From: an uncultured Oscillospiraceae bacterium
GTDB taxonomy: Bacteria; Bacillota; Clostridia; Oscillospirales; QAMX01
Assembly (NCBI GenBank): GCA_964515055.1
Contig: CAZEUG010000006.1
Span: 18,796-82,795, forward strand
Direction of reading: 5' to 3'
DNA length: 64,000 nt
The translations under genes were made by a program, and so were the position numbers. The number at the start of each line of letters is the position of its first letter. The first letter of the stretch is position 1. Below are positions 7,655 to 19,133 of the stretch, in pieces. The notes under the pieces were generated by a model. The model saw only the letters and a list, made by a program, of their open reading frames with translations. It made no database searches and had not been told where the DNA came from.

Positions 7655-10600
7655 TTATTCAAGATCGTCGCGTTCGTCCAGTTCATCCGTTTCCGGTTCG
7701 TACCCGTCTTCTGCGGAGTAGTCTTCCTCTTCGGATTCCTCTTCTTCCTCATCGAGCATGGCATCGTCGCCTACGGCCGCAGAATTGACTGCACTGCGAC
7801 GGAAATCATACTGTGCTGCGGTCATGGTTGCGTCCGTGGTATCGGTTTTGTAGTCAGCCATCCCGGTACCAGCCGGAATCAGGGTACCAATGATGACATT
7901 TTCCTTCAGACCGATCAGCGGATCCACTTTGCCCTTGATGGCTGCTTCTGTCAGGACGCGTGTGGTCTCCTGGAATGAAGCGGCAGCCAGGAAGGAATCC
8001 GTTGCAAGGGAAGCTCTCGTAATACCGAGCAGAGTCGGCGAGAACTGTGCTTCCCGCAGTCCGTTTTCGCCGTTTTCAAGGCGTTGCCGGATTTTCTCAT
8101 TTTCTTCGATCAGCTCAAAGCGATCGACAAAGGAGCCGAGCAGCAGGTTGGTATCGCCCGGATCATCGACGCGCACCTTCCGCATCATCTGGCGGATGAT
8201 GATTTCGATGTGGCGGTCATTGATATCCATGGCGCTTTGACGGTAGACCTTCTGCACTTCCTGAATCAGGTAGCCTTCGACCGCTTCAACGCCGCGGACG
8301 CGCAGCACATCCTGCGGATGCAGGACGCCCTGGGTCAGCATATCGCCCTTTTGCACCATCTGGCCGTCTTCCACCAGGATGCCCGCGCTGATCGGCAGTG
8401 CGTATTCACGGACTTCGCCGTCGTCGTTTCGGAGGGTGACATTCTTGACAGAAGCCTTCTTGGACATCTCAACGCTGGCTACGCCGGAAATTTCCGCAAG
8501 CACAGCAGCGCGCTTCGGCTTTCTTGCTTCGAACATTTCTTCAACACGGGGAAGACCCTGTGTGATATCGGCTGCGTCCTTACTGGCGACACCGCCGCTG
8601 TGGAAGGTACGCATGGTCAGCTGTGTACCCGGCTCACCAATGGACTGTGCCGCGATGATACCGACAGCTTCGCCAAGGTTCATCGGAGAACCGGTGGCCA
8701 GGTTGGAGCCGTAGCACTTGGCGCAGACGCCGTGCTTGCAGGCACACGCCAAGACGGAGCGAATCTTGATGCGTTCAATGCCGCGGCTCTTGATTAAAGC
8801 CGCATCTGCATCTGTCATCAGTTTATCTTTGGAGATCAGGACTTCACCGGTTGCTTCATCGACCAGGTCTGCGGCCAGGTAACGGCCGATCAGGCGATCT
8901 TCGAATTTTTCGATGGTCTGTCCCTTTTCAGTAATTTCATAGACCTCAACACCATCCGTTGTGCCGCAATCGGCTTCGCGGATGATGACGTCCTGCGAAA
9001 CGTCAACGAGACGGCGGGTCAGGTACCCGGAGTCAGCTGTACGCAATGCGGTATCCGTCAAGCCCTTTCGAGCACCACGGGATGCCGTAAAGTATTCCAG
9101 AACGGTCAGGCCTTCACGGTAGTTCGCCTTGATCGGGATTTCAATGATCTTACCGGCGGTGTTACGAACCAGACCACGCATACCGGCCAGCTGACGAATC
9201 TGTGCGCGGGAACCACGGGCACCGGAATCTGCCATGATGCTGATCGGATTATCGGCTTTCAGCCCATTGAACAGTGCGGTACTGATGTCTTCCGTCGTCT
9301 GTTCCCACTCAGCCAGAGTCAGGCGGATTCTTTCCTCTGCGGAAATATAACCGCGGCGATACTGCTGGTCAATGCGCATGATCTTCTGTTCCGTCTCGGC
9401 GATCAAGACCTTCTTTTCAGGCGGAATGATCATATCGGCGACGGAAATGGTGATAGCACCCAGCGTCGAATAGTGGTAGCCCATCTGCTTGATGGCATCC
9501 AGCACTTCGGCACTGACGGCGAGGCCATGCTTCTTGATGCATTTTGCAATCAGCTTGGAGAGCTGGCTCTTACCGACTGTCATGGAAATTTCGAAATCGA
9601 GTGCCTGATCTTCATTCGTCCGATCGACATAGCCGAGATCCTGCGGGATGCGTTCATTGAAGACCATGCGGCCATAGGTCGTTTTGACCATTTTCTGGAT
9701 CGTCCGGCCTTCAAAGATGCCTTCCCTTCTGACGTAGACCGGCTCATGCAGCGTGATATCCTTGGCTTCATACGCCATGCGGACTTCGTCTTCGTTGATG
9801 AAGCGTTTGATTTTCTCATCATCGGCGATATCTTCGGCCTCACGGGTCATGGTCAGCCAGTAGCAGCCGAGGATCATATCCTGTGTCGGGACGGTAACCG
9901 GGTTACCATCCTGCGGGCGCAGGAGGTTGTTTGCAGAAAGAATGAGGAACCGGGCTTCTGCCTGTGCCTCTGCGGACAGCGGCACATGGACAGCCATCTG
10001 GTCGCCGTCAAAGTCAGCGTTAAAGGCGGTGCAGACCAGCGGGTGCAGCTTGATGGCGCGGCCTTCGACCAGAACCGGTTCAAATGCCTGAATACCCAGA
10101 CGGTGCAGTGTCGGGGCGCGGTTCAGCATAACCGGATGCTCTTTGATGATTTCTTCGAGAGAATCCCAGACCTCTGTGCGCGCACGGTCGACCATTTTCT
10201 TAGCGCTCTTGATATTGTTTGCGATGCCGCGCTCAACGAGCGACTTCATGACAAACGGCTTGAACAGCTCCAGAGCCATTTCCTTCGGCAGACCGCACTG
10301 ATAAATTTTCAGCTCCGGGCCAACAACAATGACGGAACGGCCGGAATAGTCGACGCGCTTCCCGAGCAGGTTCTGACGGAAACGCCCCTGTTTCCCGGAG
10401 AGCATATCAGAAAGGCTCTTCAGGGCGCGGTTGTTCGGACCCGTGACCGGGCGGCCGCGGCGGCCGTTATTGATCAGCGCATCGACTGCTTCCTGCAGCA
10501 TACGCTTCTCGTTTTTCACGATGATATCCGGCGCTTCCAGCTCCAGCAGGCGCTGGAGGCGGTTATTCCGGTTGATGACGCGGCGGTAGAGATCGTTCAG

Positions 10601-11356
10601 GTCAGACGTTGCGAACCGGCCGCCGTCGAGCTGAACCATCGGGCGGATATCCGGCGGAATGACCGGAATCACGTTGAGGATCATCCATTCCGGGCGGTTG
10701 CCGGACAGACGGAATGCATCGACCACTTCCAGGCGTTTGATGATGCGCATTTTCTTCTGACCAGTCGCATCCTTCAGCTCTTCCCGGAGCTGTGTCGACA
10801 GCTCATTCAGGTCAATTTCCGCCAGCAGCTTCTGGATGGCTTCCGCACCCATTTCCGCTTTGAAATCGTTTTCGTATTTCTCGTAGTAATCACGATATTC
10901 CTTTTCTGACAGCGTCTGTTTTTTTGCGAGCGGCGTATCGCCGGGTTCCGTGACAATATAGAGGGAGAAATACAGGATTCGTTCCAGCACCTTCGGCGGA
11001 ATGTCAAGAATCAGACTCATTCTTGACGGGATTCCGCGGAAATACCAGATATGGGAAACCGGTGCAGCCAGCTCGATGTGACCCATCCGTTCGCGGCGAA
11101 CGGATTTTTTCGTCACTTCAACGCCGCAGCGTTCGCAGACCTTTCCCTTAAAACGCACTTTTTTATATTTACCGCAATGACATTCCCAGTCCTTTGTCGG
11201 TCCAAAGATCCGTTCGCAGAACAAACCGTCAACTTCCGGCTTCAGTGACCGGTAGTTGATCGTTTCCGGCTTTTTGACTTCGCCATAGGACCATTGCCGG
11301 ATTTTATCCGGGGACGCCAGCCCGATCTGAATCGCATTGAACGCCAACTTGCTCAT
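7655..11356 (-). CDS. rpoC: DNA-directed RNA polymerase subunit beta'
   Basis: [36 protein letters not shown]..., NADFDGDQM catalytic motif, zinc-binding Cys clusters. Start moved to ATG 11356 (GGAGG 8 nt upstream). Acidic C-terminal tail. Confidence 0.97.
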   Translation of the reverse strand: MSKLAFNAIQIGLASPDKIRQWSYGEVKKPETINYRSLKPEVDGLFCERIFGPTKDWECHCGKYKKVRFKGKVCERCGVEVTKKSVRRERMGHIELAAPVSHIWYFRGIPSRMSLILDIPPKVLERILYFSLYIVTEPGDTPLAKKQTLSEKEYRDYYEKYENDFKAEMGAEAIQKLLAEIDLNELSTQLREELKDATGQKKMRIIKRLEVVDAFRLSGNRPEWMILNVIPVIPPDIRPMVQLDGGRFATSDLNDLYRRVINRNNRLQRLLELEAPDIIVKNEKRMLQEAVDALINNGRRGRPVTGPNNRALKSLSDMLSGKQGRFRQNLLGKRVDYSGRSVIVVGPELKIYQCGLPKEMALELFKPFVMKSLVERGIANNIKSAKKMVDRARTEVWDSLEEIIKEHPVMLNRAPTLHRLGIQAFEPVLVEGRAIKLHPLVCTAFNADFDGDQMAVHVPLSAEAQAEARFLILSANNLLRPQDGNPVTVPTQDMILGCYWLTMTREAEDIADDEKIKRFINEDEVRMAYEAKDITLHEPVYVRREGIFEGRTIQKMVKTTYGRMVFNERIPQDLGYVDRTNEDQALDFEISMTVGKSQLSKLIAKCIKKHGLAVSAEVLDAIKQMGYHYSTLGAITISVADMIIPPEKKVLIAETEQKIMRIDQQYRRGYISAEERIRLTLAEWEQTTEDISTALFNGLKADNPISIMADSGARGSRAQIRQLAGMRGLVRNTAGKIIEIPIKANYREGLTVLEYFTASRGARKGLTDTALRTADSGYLTRRLVDVSQDVIIREADCGTTDGVEVYEITEKGQTIEKFEDRLIGRYLAADLVDEATGEVLISKDKLMTDADAALIKSRGIERIKIRSVLACACKHGVCAKCYGSNLATGSPMNLGEAVGIIAAQSIGEPGTQLTMRTFHSGGVASKDAADITQGLPRVEEMFEARKPKRAAVLAEISGVASVEMSKKASVKNVTLRNDDGEVREYALPISAGILVEDGQMVQKGDMLTQGVLHPQDVLRVRGVEAVEGYLIQEVQKVYRQSAMDINDRHIEIIIRQMMRKVRVDDPGDTNLLLGSFVDRFELIEENEKIRQRLENGENGLREAQFSPTLLGITRASLATDSFLAAASFQETTRVLTEAAIKGKVDPLIGLKENVIIGTLIPAGTGMADYKTDTTDATMTAAQYDFRRSAVNSAAVGDDAMLDEEEEESEEEDYSAEDGYEPETDELDERDDLE

Positions 11357-11436
11357 AAGCAGCCTCCATCTCAAATTATTTCGCACAGCTGCAGCGTTTC
11401 ATCCGCAGTTGAATATCTTCTGCCACTGACGGCCGA

Positions 11437-14400
11437 TTACAGGTCATCGCTTTCGTCACCGTAATCGTCCAGGTCGTCTTCCTCGTCAAACAGTGAGAGA
11501 TCGTCTTGAATCTGCTGGCCTTCTTCGTCTTCCAACGTATAGCCATTGCTTGCAAAGTCACTGTCCGAGTTGACGTATTCGCTCTCCAGGCCGCCTTCCT
11601 CCACGTCATCATCTTCGGCGTGCAGGTCGAATTCCTGCCCGTTTTTGTCGAGAACGCGGATATCCAGGCAGAGTGCCTGCAGTTCCTTGACCAGAACGCG
11701 GAAGGCTTCCGGAACGCCCGGCGTCGGGATATTCTGGCCTTTGACGATGGCTTCGTAGGTTTTGACGCGTCCCACGATATCGTCGCTCTTCACGGTCAGG
11801 ATTTCCTGCAGTGTATAGGCTGCGCCGTATGCTTCCAGTGCCCAGACCTCCATTTCCCCGAAGCGCTGGCCGCCGAACTGGGCTTTACCGCCGAGCGGCT
11901 GCTGCGTAACGAGTGAATAGGGGCCTGTCGAACGTGCATGAATCTTATCATCAACGAGATGGCACAGCTTGAGGAAGTACATATAACCGACTGTGACAGC
12001 ATTGTCAAACGGCATACCCGTTCGGCCATCGTACAGAATGCTCTTGCCGTCCGGGTTCAGGCCGGCGAGGCGCAGCGTTTCCTCAATTTCGTATTCCTTT
12101 GCGCCGTCGAAAACCGGGGTAGCAACGTGCCAGCCCAGTGCCGCTGCGGCGTAGCCCAGGTGAACTTCGAGAACCTGACCGATATTCATTCGGCTCGGAA
12201 CGCCCAACGGGTTCAGAACGATATCCAGAGGTGTGCCATCCGGCAGGAACGGCATATCCTCCTGCGGGAGGATGCGTGAAACAACACCCTTGTTCCCGTG
12301 ACGGCCGGCCATCTTATCGCCGACGGAAATCTTCCGCTTCTGGGCAATGTACACACGGACGATGATGTTGACGCCCGGCGAGAGTTCCTCGCAGTTTTCG
12401 CGGGTGAAGGTCTTGACGTCTACGACGATACCGCTTTCACCGTGCGGCACGCGCAGGGACGTATCGCGGACTTCCCGCGCTTTCTCGCCGAAAATCGCAC
12501 GGAGGAGGCGTTCTTCCGCGGTCAGCTCCGTTTCGCCCTTCGGCGTGACCTTACCGACCAGGATATCGCCGGAGCGAACCTCTGCGCCGATGCGAATGAT
12601 ACCGTCTTCGTCCAGGTCGCGCAGACCGTCATCACTGACGTTCGGAATACCGCGGGTGATTTCTTCCGGTCCGAGCTTGGTATCGCGGGCATCGACTTCG
12701 TATTCTTCAATATGGATGGACGTAAACACGTCTTCACGGACGAGTTTTTCATTGATGAGGACGGCGTCTTCGTAGTTGTAGCCTTCCCAGCTCATGAAGC
12801 CGATCAGGACGTTGCGGCCGAGCGAAATTTCACCGTTGGAGGTGGAGGGGCCGTCCGCCAGAACCGTTCCCTTCCGGACACGTTCACCGACGGAGACGAT
12901 CGGGCGCTGATTCAGGCAGGTACCCTGGTTGGAACGGATAAAGTTCGTCAGCTTATAGGTTTTGGTTTCGCCGCTGTCGTAGACAATGACGATTTCATCA
13001 GCGGTGACACGTGTGGCCACGCCATCCCCTTCTGCCAGGACGCAGATACCCGAATCGCAGGCGGCGCGGTATTCCATACCAGTGCCGACGAAGGGCTGCT
13101 CCGGTACGAGGAGCGGAACGGCCTGGCGCTGCATGTTGGAGCCCATCAATGCACGGTTTGCGTCGTCGTTTTCCAGGAACGGAATCATACTGGTTGCGAC
13201 GGAGACCATTTCACGCGGGGAGACGTCGATCAATGTGACGCGGTCGCGTTCAACAGAGATGATTTCTTCGCGGTAGCGGCAGGTGACGCGTTCAGCCTTG
13301 ATACGGCCTTCTTCATCGAGCGGTTCGTTCTTCTGTGCGATAATGTTGCCGTCTTCCTGATCGGCAGTCAGATAGACGATCTGATCGGTGACGCGGTGTG
13401 TGACCGGGTCGATCAGCTGATAGGGTGCCTCGATGAAGCCGTATTCGTTGATTCTGGCGTAGCTGGCAAGGCTGGTGATCAGACCGATGTTCGGGCCTTC
13501 CGGCGTCTCAATCGGGCACATTCTGCCGTAGTGGCTGTAGTGAACGTCTCGAACCTCAAAGCTGGCACGTTCACGGGACAGACCGCCGGGACCCAATGCG
13601 GACAGGCGGCGCTTGTGTGTCAGCTCTGCAAGGGGGTTGGTCTGATCCATGAACTGGGAAAGCGGCGAAGAGCCAAAGAATTCACGGATGGCCGCCGTAA
13701 CCGGTCGGATATTGATCAGCGACTGCGGCGTGACGGTATCCGTATCCTGGACAGTCATGCGTTCCTTGATGACGCGTTCCATCCGGGCAAAGCCGATGCG
13801 GAAGTGGTTTTGCAGCAGCTCACCGACGCAGCGCAGACGGCGATTGCCGAGGTGGTCGATGTCGTCTTTTGTGCCGATGCCGGAAGCGAGGCCGTTCAGG
13901 TAGTTGATGGAGGCCAGAATATCTTCTTTGATGATGTTTCTGGGGATCAGCTCATCCCGGCGGGCTGCCAGTTCCTTTTTGATATCGGCTTCGTCTGTAA
14001 AGTTTTCCAGAATTTCACGCAGGACTGAGAAGCGAACCTTTTCCCAGATCAGATCCGGATCGATTTCAAAATCGACAAAGTCGGCCAGATCGACCATGCC
14101 GTTGTCGAAGCAGACGACTTCCCTGCCGTCGATGCTCAGCAGGACACGCGAGACGCCGCGCGCGGAAATCAGTGCAGCTTTTTCCGCGGACAGCGTTTCA
14201 CCGGCATCGGCCAGGATTTCGCCGGTCATCGGGCAAACTGCCGGTTCGGCCAGCGTTTTGCCGGCGATACGCGGTGCAAGGTTCATTTTCTGATTGTATT
14301 TGAAGCGGCCAACCTTGGAGAGGTCATAGCGCCGATCAAAGAACAGAGAGAAGAGCAGCGAACGGGAGGCGTCCACCGTCGGCGGCTCACCGGGACGAAG

Positions 14401-15120
14401 CCGTCTGTAGATTTCGAGCAGCGCGTCATCAGCGGTTTTCGCCGGGTCTTTTTCAATCGTGGTTTTGATTCGGACGTCATCACCGAACATATCCAGGATT
14501 TCCTCATCGGTTTCGAGGCCGATGGCACGGATCAGCGACGTGACCGGCAGTTTCCTGTTCTTATCAATGCGGACATAGAGGACATCCGATGCATCCGTTT
14601 CGTATTCCAGCCAGGTGCCGCGGTTCGGAATGACGGTGCCGCTGTACAGTTCGTTATCGACCTTGTCGGCCTTGACGTCAAAATACATACCCGGCGAACG
14701 GACAACCTGAGAAATAATGACGCGTTCTGCGCCGTTAATCATGAAGGTACCTGTATCGGTCATCATCGGGAGGTCGCCCATGAAGAGCTCCTGCTCCTTG
14801 ATTTCGCCGGTTTCCTTATTCAGGAGACGCACACGAACCTTCATCGGAATGGCATAGGTCGCATCGCGTTCCTTGCACATGGCGACGGTATACTTCGGCT
14901 TGTACTCCAGCACATAGTCGACAAATTTCAGTTCCAGTTTTCCTGAATAGTCTGTGATCGGAGCCATGTCATCAAAGACTTCCCGAAGCCCCTCGTTGCA
15001 GAACCACTGAAACGAGTCCTTCTGGACCTGAATCAGGTTCGGCATCTCGGTGAGTTCGTCGATCTTGTTGTAGCTCTTTCGCAGGGTTCGCCCGTAAAGA
15101 ACGTCCTTTACATTGACCAT
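11437..15120 (-). CDS. rpoB: DNA-directed RNA polymerase subunit beta
   Basis: [22 protein letters not shown]...[11 protein letters not shown]..., and conserved [15 protein letters not shown]. Start set to ATG 15120 (GGAGAG upstream). The longer track ORF would start within the promoter -10 element. Confidence 0.97.
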   Translation of the reverse strand: MVNVKDVLYGRTLRKSYNKIDELTEMPNLIQVQKDSFQWFCNEGLREVFDDMAPITDYSGKLELKFVDYVLEYKPKYTVAMCKERDATYAIPMKVRVRLLNKETGEIKEQELFMGDLPMMTDTGTFMINGAERVIISQVVRSPGMYFDVKADKVDNELYSGTVIPNRGTWLEYETDASDVLYVRIDKNRKLPVTSLIRAIGLETDEEILDMFGDDVRIKTTIEKDPAKTADDALLEIYRRLRPGEPPTVDASRSLLFSLFFDRRYDLSKVGRFKYNQKMNLAPRIAGKTLAEPAVCPMTGEILADAGETLSAEKAALISARGVSRVLLSIDGREVVCFDNGMVDLADFVDFEIDPDLIWEKVRFSVLREILENFTDEADIKKELAARRDELIPRNIIKEDILASINYLNGLASGIGTKDDIDHLGNRRLRCVGELLQNHFRIGFARMERVIKERMTVQDTDTVTPQSLINIRPVTAAIREFFGSSPLSQFMDQTNPLAELTHKRRLSALGPGGLSRERASFEVRDVHYSHYGRMCPIETPEGPNIGLITSLASYARINEYGFIEAPYQLIDPVTHRVTDQIVYLTADQEDGNIIAQKNEPLDEEGRIKAERVTCRYREEIISVERDRVTLIDVSPREMVSVATSMIPFLENDDANRALMGSNMQRQAVPLLVPEQPFVGTGMEYRAACDSGICVLAEGDGVATRVTADEIVIVYDSGETKTYKLTNFIRSNQGTCLNQRPIVSVGERVRKGTVLADGPSTSNGEISLGRNVLIGFMSWEGYNYEDAVLINEKLVREDVFTSIHIEEYEVDARDTKLGPEEITRGIPNVSDDGLRDLDEDGIIRIGAEVRSGDILVGKVTPKGETELTAEERLLRAIFGEKAREVRDTSLRVPHGESGIVVDVKTFTRENCEELSPGVNIIVRVYIAQKRKISVGDKMAGRHGNKGVVSRILPQEDMPFLPDGTPLDIVLNPLGVPSRMNIGQVLEVHLGYAAAALGWHVATPVFDGAKEYEIEETLRLAGLNPDGKSILYDGRTGMPFDNAVTVGYMYFLKLCHLVDDKIHARSTGPYSLVTQQPLGGKAQFGGQRFGEMEVWALEAYGAAYTLQEILTVKSDDIVGRVKTYEAIVKGQNIPTPGVPEAFRVLVKELQALCLDIRVLDKNGQEFDLHAEDDDVEEGGLESEYVNSDSDFASNGYTLEDEEGQQIQDDLSLFDEEDDLDDYGDESDDL

Positions 15121-15294
15121 AGTTACACTCTCCGTTTGCAAAGTATAGTAGCTGCCGTCTCGCTGAGACAAACGTGAAACACCCGGCAGGGATGTGAAAA
15201 ACTTTCCGATAGCGCTTGACTTTTCGTCGCACGTTATGGTATCATAATCATGGGTTTCTGACAGGCATATCCCCACATTATAATTTGAATTATA

Positions 15295-15323
15295 ATTGTA
15301 CCACAATTGCCTGCTGTTGTCAA
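15295..15323 (-). promoter_or_regulatory. Sigma-A promoter of rpoBC with a ~165-nt leader
   Basis: Minus strand reads TTGACA (15323-15318), a 17-nt spacer ending TGTGG, then TACAAT (15300-15295). Confidence 0.65.
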
Positions 15324-15415
15324 GCGTTCAGGCGATTTTTTTTGCACCGGGGTCTGAAAAAATCAGATCCCGGTGTTGCTTACGCAAAAAACTTTGTCTT
15401 TTTTTGAAAAACCTC

Positions 15416-15444
15416 TTGACAAAAGCGCTGAATTGTGGTTTAAT
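15416..15444 (+). promoter_or_regulatory. Sigma-A promoter of the SigH-like gene, divergent from rpoB
   Basis: TTGACA (15416-15421), a 17-nt spacer ending TGTGG, then TTTAAT (15439-15444). Confidence 0.55.
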
Positions 15445-15512
15445 ATCTAATGTTGACAGTTCACCCTGCCGTACACCTGTTGGATTGCGGCTCTTCAAGT
15501 GAGGTTGCTCAG

Positions 15513-16136
15513 ATGCACAATGATCGTGCCGGGAGTTCGGCCTATGCCTGCAGTGACGAAGCGCTGGCCGCCTCTGCCCAGGCCGGTGACACTTTTGCAG
15601 AGGAGGAGCTCGTCAACCGCTACACCCCCACTGTCTATTCCTTCACGCGCAACTGCTACCGTGACGGATGGGAGCGGGTGGATTTTGTTCAGGAAGGCAT
15701 GTTCGGTTTGATTCGTGCCATCCGTACCTACGCTGCTGACAAGCATGTCCCTTTTTCTGCTTTTGCCGCTTTATGTATCCGCTCTGAGTTACATTCTGCC
15801 CTTCGAAAAGCGTTAAGTTCCAAGCACCTTCCTCTGACCGGTTATGTTTCCCTTTCTCCCTCCGAAAACTCTCTCGGTTTTACGGAGCTTCTGAGTACAG
15901 ACACCGAGCAGGCTTTCGACAGGATTCTGTCCGAGGATGAAGCCGGTCGCCTTCTTTCCGCATTGAATCAGACGTTGTCTCCGTTCGAAAGGAAAGTCCT
16001 TTCCGCTTATCTTAAAGGTTTTGGAATTGGGGAAATTGCCTGTGCCCTGTGCAGGCCTGACAAGTCGGTTGAAAACGCGTTGACGCGTATTCGCCGCAAA
16101 GCATCCGGCATTTCTCATGCAGCCCCTTTGGCGTAA
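15513..16136 (+). CDS. Sigma-70 family RNA polymerase sigma factor, SigH-like
   Basis: Region 2 reads DFVQEGMFGLIRAIRTY...SFSAFAALCIRSELHSALRKALSSKHLPLTGYVSLS, resembling the Firmicutes SigH signature. A region 4 HTH lies at the C-terminus. ATG 15513 follows GTGAGG. Confidence 0.65.
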   Translation: MHNDRAGSSAYACSDEALAASAQAGDTFAEEELVNRYTPTVYSFTRNCYRDGWERVDFVQEGMFGLIRAIRTYAADKHVPFSAFAALCIRSELHSALRKALSSKHLPLTGYVSLSPSENSLGFTELLSTDTEQAFDRILSEDEAGRLLSALNQTLSPFERKVLSAYLKGFGIGEIACALCRPDKSVENALTRIRRKASGISHAAPLA

Positions 16137-16251
16137 ACAGGTTTGTGCCTGTTCGCATATATATAAACTGCCCTTTATCGCATTCCGCAGGCCCTCGTAT
16201 CAGGAGCGCAGCGAATTCAATCCGGGGCAAAATAAAGAGAGGTAAAACCCA

Positions 16252-16530
16252 ATGTTCCAAGACAAGACCCTGAAGTGCAAAGAATGTGGCGCCGATTTCG
16301 TGTTCACCGCCGGTGAGCAGGAATTTTATGCCGAACGCGGCTTCCAGAACGAGCCCCAGAGATGCAAATCCTGCCGTGACGCCCGCAAAGCCGCTTCCCG
16401 TGGCCCGCGTGAGTTCTTCACAGCAACCTGCGCCAACTGCGGCGGCGAAGCCAAGGTTCCGTTCGAGCCGAAGACCGACCGTCCGGTTTACTGCAGCGAT
16501 TGCTTTGCAAAAATGAAGGAAAATCAGTAA
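16252..16530 (+). CDS. Zinc-ribbon domain protein (two CxxC pairs, zf-trcl-like)
   Basis: CKECG...CKSC and CANCG...CSDC pairs, EQEFYAERGF motif, RBS AGAGAGG, followed by a terminator. Confidence 0.7.
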   Translation: MFQDKTLKCKECGADFVFTAGEQEFYAERGFQNEPQRCKSCRDARKAASRGPREFFTATCANCGGEAKVPFEPKTDRPVYCSDCFAKMKENQ

Positions 16531-16541
16531 TTCTGATCCGG

Positions 16542-16585
16542 TATGCGCGGTTCCCGAACGGGAGCCGCGCATATTTTTCTTTTTC
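16542..16585 (+). terminator. Intrinsic terminator
   Basis: TATGCGCGG-ttcccgaacgggag-CCGCGCATA followed by TTTTTCTTTTT. Confidence 0.75.
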
Positions 16586-16612
16586 ACCCCTGTATGGAGG
16601 AGGCTTGAGCGC

Positions 16613-17425
16613 ATGATGGAAAATTTGTCCCGTATTGAAACGGCCAGCGCCTCGGATGCGCTGCCCTGTTCTGTCTGCGCCGTGGGGCTCCGGAGCTTTC
16701 CGTCTGCGGTGTGCGGCGACTGTTTTCTGTATTTGGCACAGGGTGCTGCGACGCTCGTCCTGTCGGGTACTTCCCTGTCGATGCAGACGGGGGAGCTGCT
16801 GATCATCCGCGCCGGCGTTCCCTTCGCCTGTGTGCAGCAGGAGCATTCTGACTGGTATTGGGCAGATGTAGTCGGATCCGCGCTGCCCGCGCTGTTGGCC
16901 ACCTGCGGTCTGACCGCAGGGTGTGTTTTCCGTCTGCCGGAGGATCGCCGGATTCCCACCCGTTATGCGGCCATTCAGCAGGCCGCCATTTCAGAAGATG
17001 GCCTTGCTTCCCTGTCTGCGGCCGCACGGTTTCTGGAGTTGCTTGTCGCGTTTGGGCGCAGCATCTGCCCCACCGACCGGCAGGCTGCCAAAATCGACCC
17101 GTTGGACGCCATTCTGTCAGAGCTGCAGCACAATTTTTCGGCGGAGTACTCGGTGCAGGAGCTGGCCAATCGTTGCCACGTCAGTGTTGGCCGCTTCAGT
17201 ATGCTGTTCAAATCGCGTACCGGCGTTTCGCCGCAGCGCTATCTCATTGATCTGCGCCTGACTCACGCACAGCAGCTGCTGCGTGACACGCACCTGGGCA
17301 TTCAGCAAATCGCAGCCGCCGTCGGCTACAGCGATGCTTTTTATTTTTCGCGGCTGTTCCGATCTCATATCGGCCTGTCCCCCAGTGCATTCCGCAGAAA
17401 TCCGCATCCGGCAGATGCGCTCTGA
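16613..17425 (+). CDS. AraC family transcriptional regulator
   Basis: C-terminal double HTH reads YSVQELANRCHVSVGRFSMLFKSRTGVSPQRYLIDLRLTHAQQLL...AAAVGYSDAFYFSRLFRSHIGLSPSAFR. GGAGGAGG RBS. Confidence 0.85.
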   Translation: MMENLSRIETASASDALPCSVCAVGLRSFPSAVCGDCFLYLAQGAATLVLSGTSLSMQTGELLIIRAGVPFACVQQEHSDWYWADVVGSALPALLATCGLTAGCVFRLPEDRRIPTRYAAIQQAAISEDGLASLSAAARFLELLVAFGRSICPTDRQAAKIDPLDAILSELQHNFSAEYSVQELANRCHVSVGRFSMLFKSRTGVSPQRYLIDLRLTHAQQLLRDTHLGIQQIAAAVGYSDAFYFSRLFRSHIGLSPSAFRRNPHPADAL

Positions 17426-17436
17426 GAGGTGCCACA

Positions 17437-17949
17437 ATGTCTCTCTTCCTGCTCTTTTTGGAAACCGCAGAGCTGCTGCACAGACAATTCGGGTTTCTGT
17501 CGCTTTTATACGGCTCTGTCGGCCTTGAATGTCTGACGGGTGCATCCTTCCATGCCGATGACATCGACATTCTGATTCCTGGCCGCTATCTGACCGGAAC
17601 GTATTGGCACGCGCTGCTCGATTGTCTGACGCAGCACGGTTACCATCTGACGGATTTGCGGGAGCATACCTTCCACAAGGACGGCGTTGCGTACGCTTTT
17701 GCGGACGTAGAGGGGTTGGCAGAGTTCGCCGGGATTGACCCGCAGGCGATTACGGTTCGTTCCACCGCTGGTGTCCCATTTCTGCTCCTGTCTCTGGAGC
17801 AGTATTTGCGCGTGTACGAGCGTTCCGCACAGGACGGGTACCGGATTCACGTCCGCAAAAAGAAGGACGCGCAGAAGATTGACTGGATTCGCCGCCAGAT
17901 GCACAGCGAAGCAGTGCCGTCCGAAACGATATCCAAGCCAACTCATTAG
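17437..17949 (+). CDS. Minimal nucleotidyltransferase-fold protein (Lnu/ANT-like)
   Basis: The G-S...D-x-D signature YGSVGLECLTGASFHADDIDILIPG resembles small antibiotic/substrate nucleotidyltransferases. Substrate unknown. Confidence 0.45.
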   Translation: MSLFLLFLETAELLHRQFGFLSLLYGSVGLECLTGASFHADDIDILIPGRYLTGTYWHALLDCLTQHGYHLTDLREHTFHKDGVAYAFADVEGLAEFAGIDPQAITVRSTAGVPFLLLSLEQYLRVYERSAQDGYRIHVRKKKDAQKIDWIRRQMHSEAVPSETISKPTH

Positions 17950-17951
17950 AA

Positions 17952-18004
17952 GAAAGCACCCCTTTTCCAACCTCTCGGGGCGGAAAAGGGGTGCTGTTTT
18001 GCTT
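17952..18004. terminator. Bidirectional terminator between convergent genes
   Basis: AGCACCCCTTTTCC...GGAAAAGGGGTGCT with an A-run before and a T-run after. It serves the nucleotidyltransferase gene (+) and ldhA (-). Confidence 0.75.
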
Positions 18005-18038
18005 CGGTTTGAGATGTTGCATGGCGGGCGTGTTGCAT

Positions 18039-19073
18039 TCAGCTTTTGGCGCACGGCGCACACGCTGTTGATTTCCTGTACGGCGGCACGCACACCGCGT
18101 TCGGAAGCGGCGCACCATCAAAGAACGCGTCCAGACTGTCGAGTGTGGTGCGGGCGATGTTTTCCAGCGCCTCCTCCGTCAGGAAAGCCTGATGCGCCGT
18201 CAGCAGGACATTGGGTTTGGCGACGAGCAGGGAGAGCGCCTCATCCCGGTCAACCGTATCGGAACGGTCTTCGTAAAAGAGGTCGCTTTCCTCTTCATAG
18301 ACGTCCAGACCTGCGCCGCGGATGGTTCCGTTGTTGAGTGCTTCCAGCAGGGCGTCGCTGTCAATGAGTGCGCCGCGGGACGTGTTGATCAGCAGCGCAC
18401 CTTTTTTCATCTTGCGAAATGCCTGTTTCCCGATCAGATGGCGCGTCTGATCGGTCAGCGGACAGTGCAGCGAAAGGACATCGCTCTCCGCCAGCAGTCT
18501 GTCCAGCGAGACATATTCGATGTCTGGCCGGTTCGTCGGTTGCAGGTCATAGGCAATGATACGCATACCGAAGCCCCTGCAAATCTGTGCAAAGCGGAGG
18601 CCGATTTTGCCGGTTCCGATGATGCCCGCTGTTTTTCCGTGCAGCATCACGCCTTCCAGTCCGGCGATGTGAAAGTTGAAATCTCTCGTGCGGACATAGG
18701 CGCGTGGAATGTGGCGGTTGACAGCCAGCATCAGTGCTGCGGCGTGCTCCGCAACAGAGTCCGGCGAATAGGCCGGGACGCGGACGACCGGGAGTCGGTC
18801 GCAGGCGGCGTCCAGATCGACATTGGAAAGGCCGGCGCAGCGCATTGCCAGGATTCGCACATTCCGCTGCGCCAGTGCATCAATCACCGGCGCGGACAGA
18901 TCATCGTTGACAAATGCGCAGACTGCCTCGCAGCCCTCGGCCAGTCGGACGGTTTCCGGCCGCAGGCGGCTCTCGTGCCAGCAGATCCGGTAGGGCTCCG
19001 CCCGCTCATTGTTCAGCCGTTCGAACCAGACGCGGTCATACGGCTTCGTATCGAAGAAAGCGATTGTTTTCAT
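18039..19073 (-). CDS. ldhA: D-lactate dehydrogenase / D-isomer-specific 2-hydroxyacid dehydrogenase
   Basis: MKTIAFFDTKPYD..., NAD-binding GIIGTGKIGLRFA, and catalytic R/E/H context. ATG 19073 lies 8 nt after GGAGAGG. Confidence 0.8.
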   Translation of the reverse strand: MKTIAFFDTKPYDRVWFERLNNERAEPYRICWHESRLRPETVRLAEGCEAVCAFVNDDLSAPVIDALAQRNVRILAMRCAGLSNVDLDAACDRLPVVRVPAYSPDSVAEHAAALMLAVNRHIPRAYVRTRDFNFHIAGLEGVMLHGKTAGIIGTGKIGLRFAQICRGFGMRIIAYDLQPTNRPDIEYVSLDRLLAESDVLSLHCPLTDQTRHLIGKQAFRKMKKGALLINTSRGALIDSDALLEALNNGTIRGAGLDVYEEESDLFYEDRSDTVDRDEALSLLVAKPNVLLTAHQAFLTEEALENIARTTLDSLDAFFDGAPLPNAVCVPPYRKSTACAPCAKS

Positions 19074-19133
19074 AGTTGGCACCTCTCCTTTTTCTACAGA
19101 CAGGGTGCCATGTTTTTGCGGGTTTTATGCGCT

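Noticed and set aside
11357-11386. Longer N-termini offered by the track for rpoC ([10 protein letters not shown]...) and rpoB (62 extra residues, 15121..15306).
   Set aside because: The conserved N-termini start at MSKLAFN and MVNVKDV, each with a good RBS. The rpoB extension would start within the promoter's -10 element.
9473-14028. Long plus-strand ORFs (9473..10909, 12298..14028 and others) inside rpoC and rpoB.
   Set aside because: They are antisense to genes that are unambiguously rpoC and rpoB. They are shadow frames of a GC-rich coding region.
15301-15438. Shared AATTGTGGT motif in the rpoB and SigH-like promoters, also seen near 48015 and as its complement near 33101. I first took it for a common operator.
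   Set aside because: In the two promoters it sits exactly at the -16 TRTG extended -10 position that is typical of Gram-positive sigma-A promoters. In the other two sites it occupies different positions relative to any promoter, so a dedicated regulator site is not supported.
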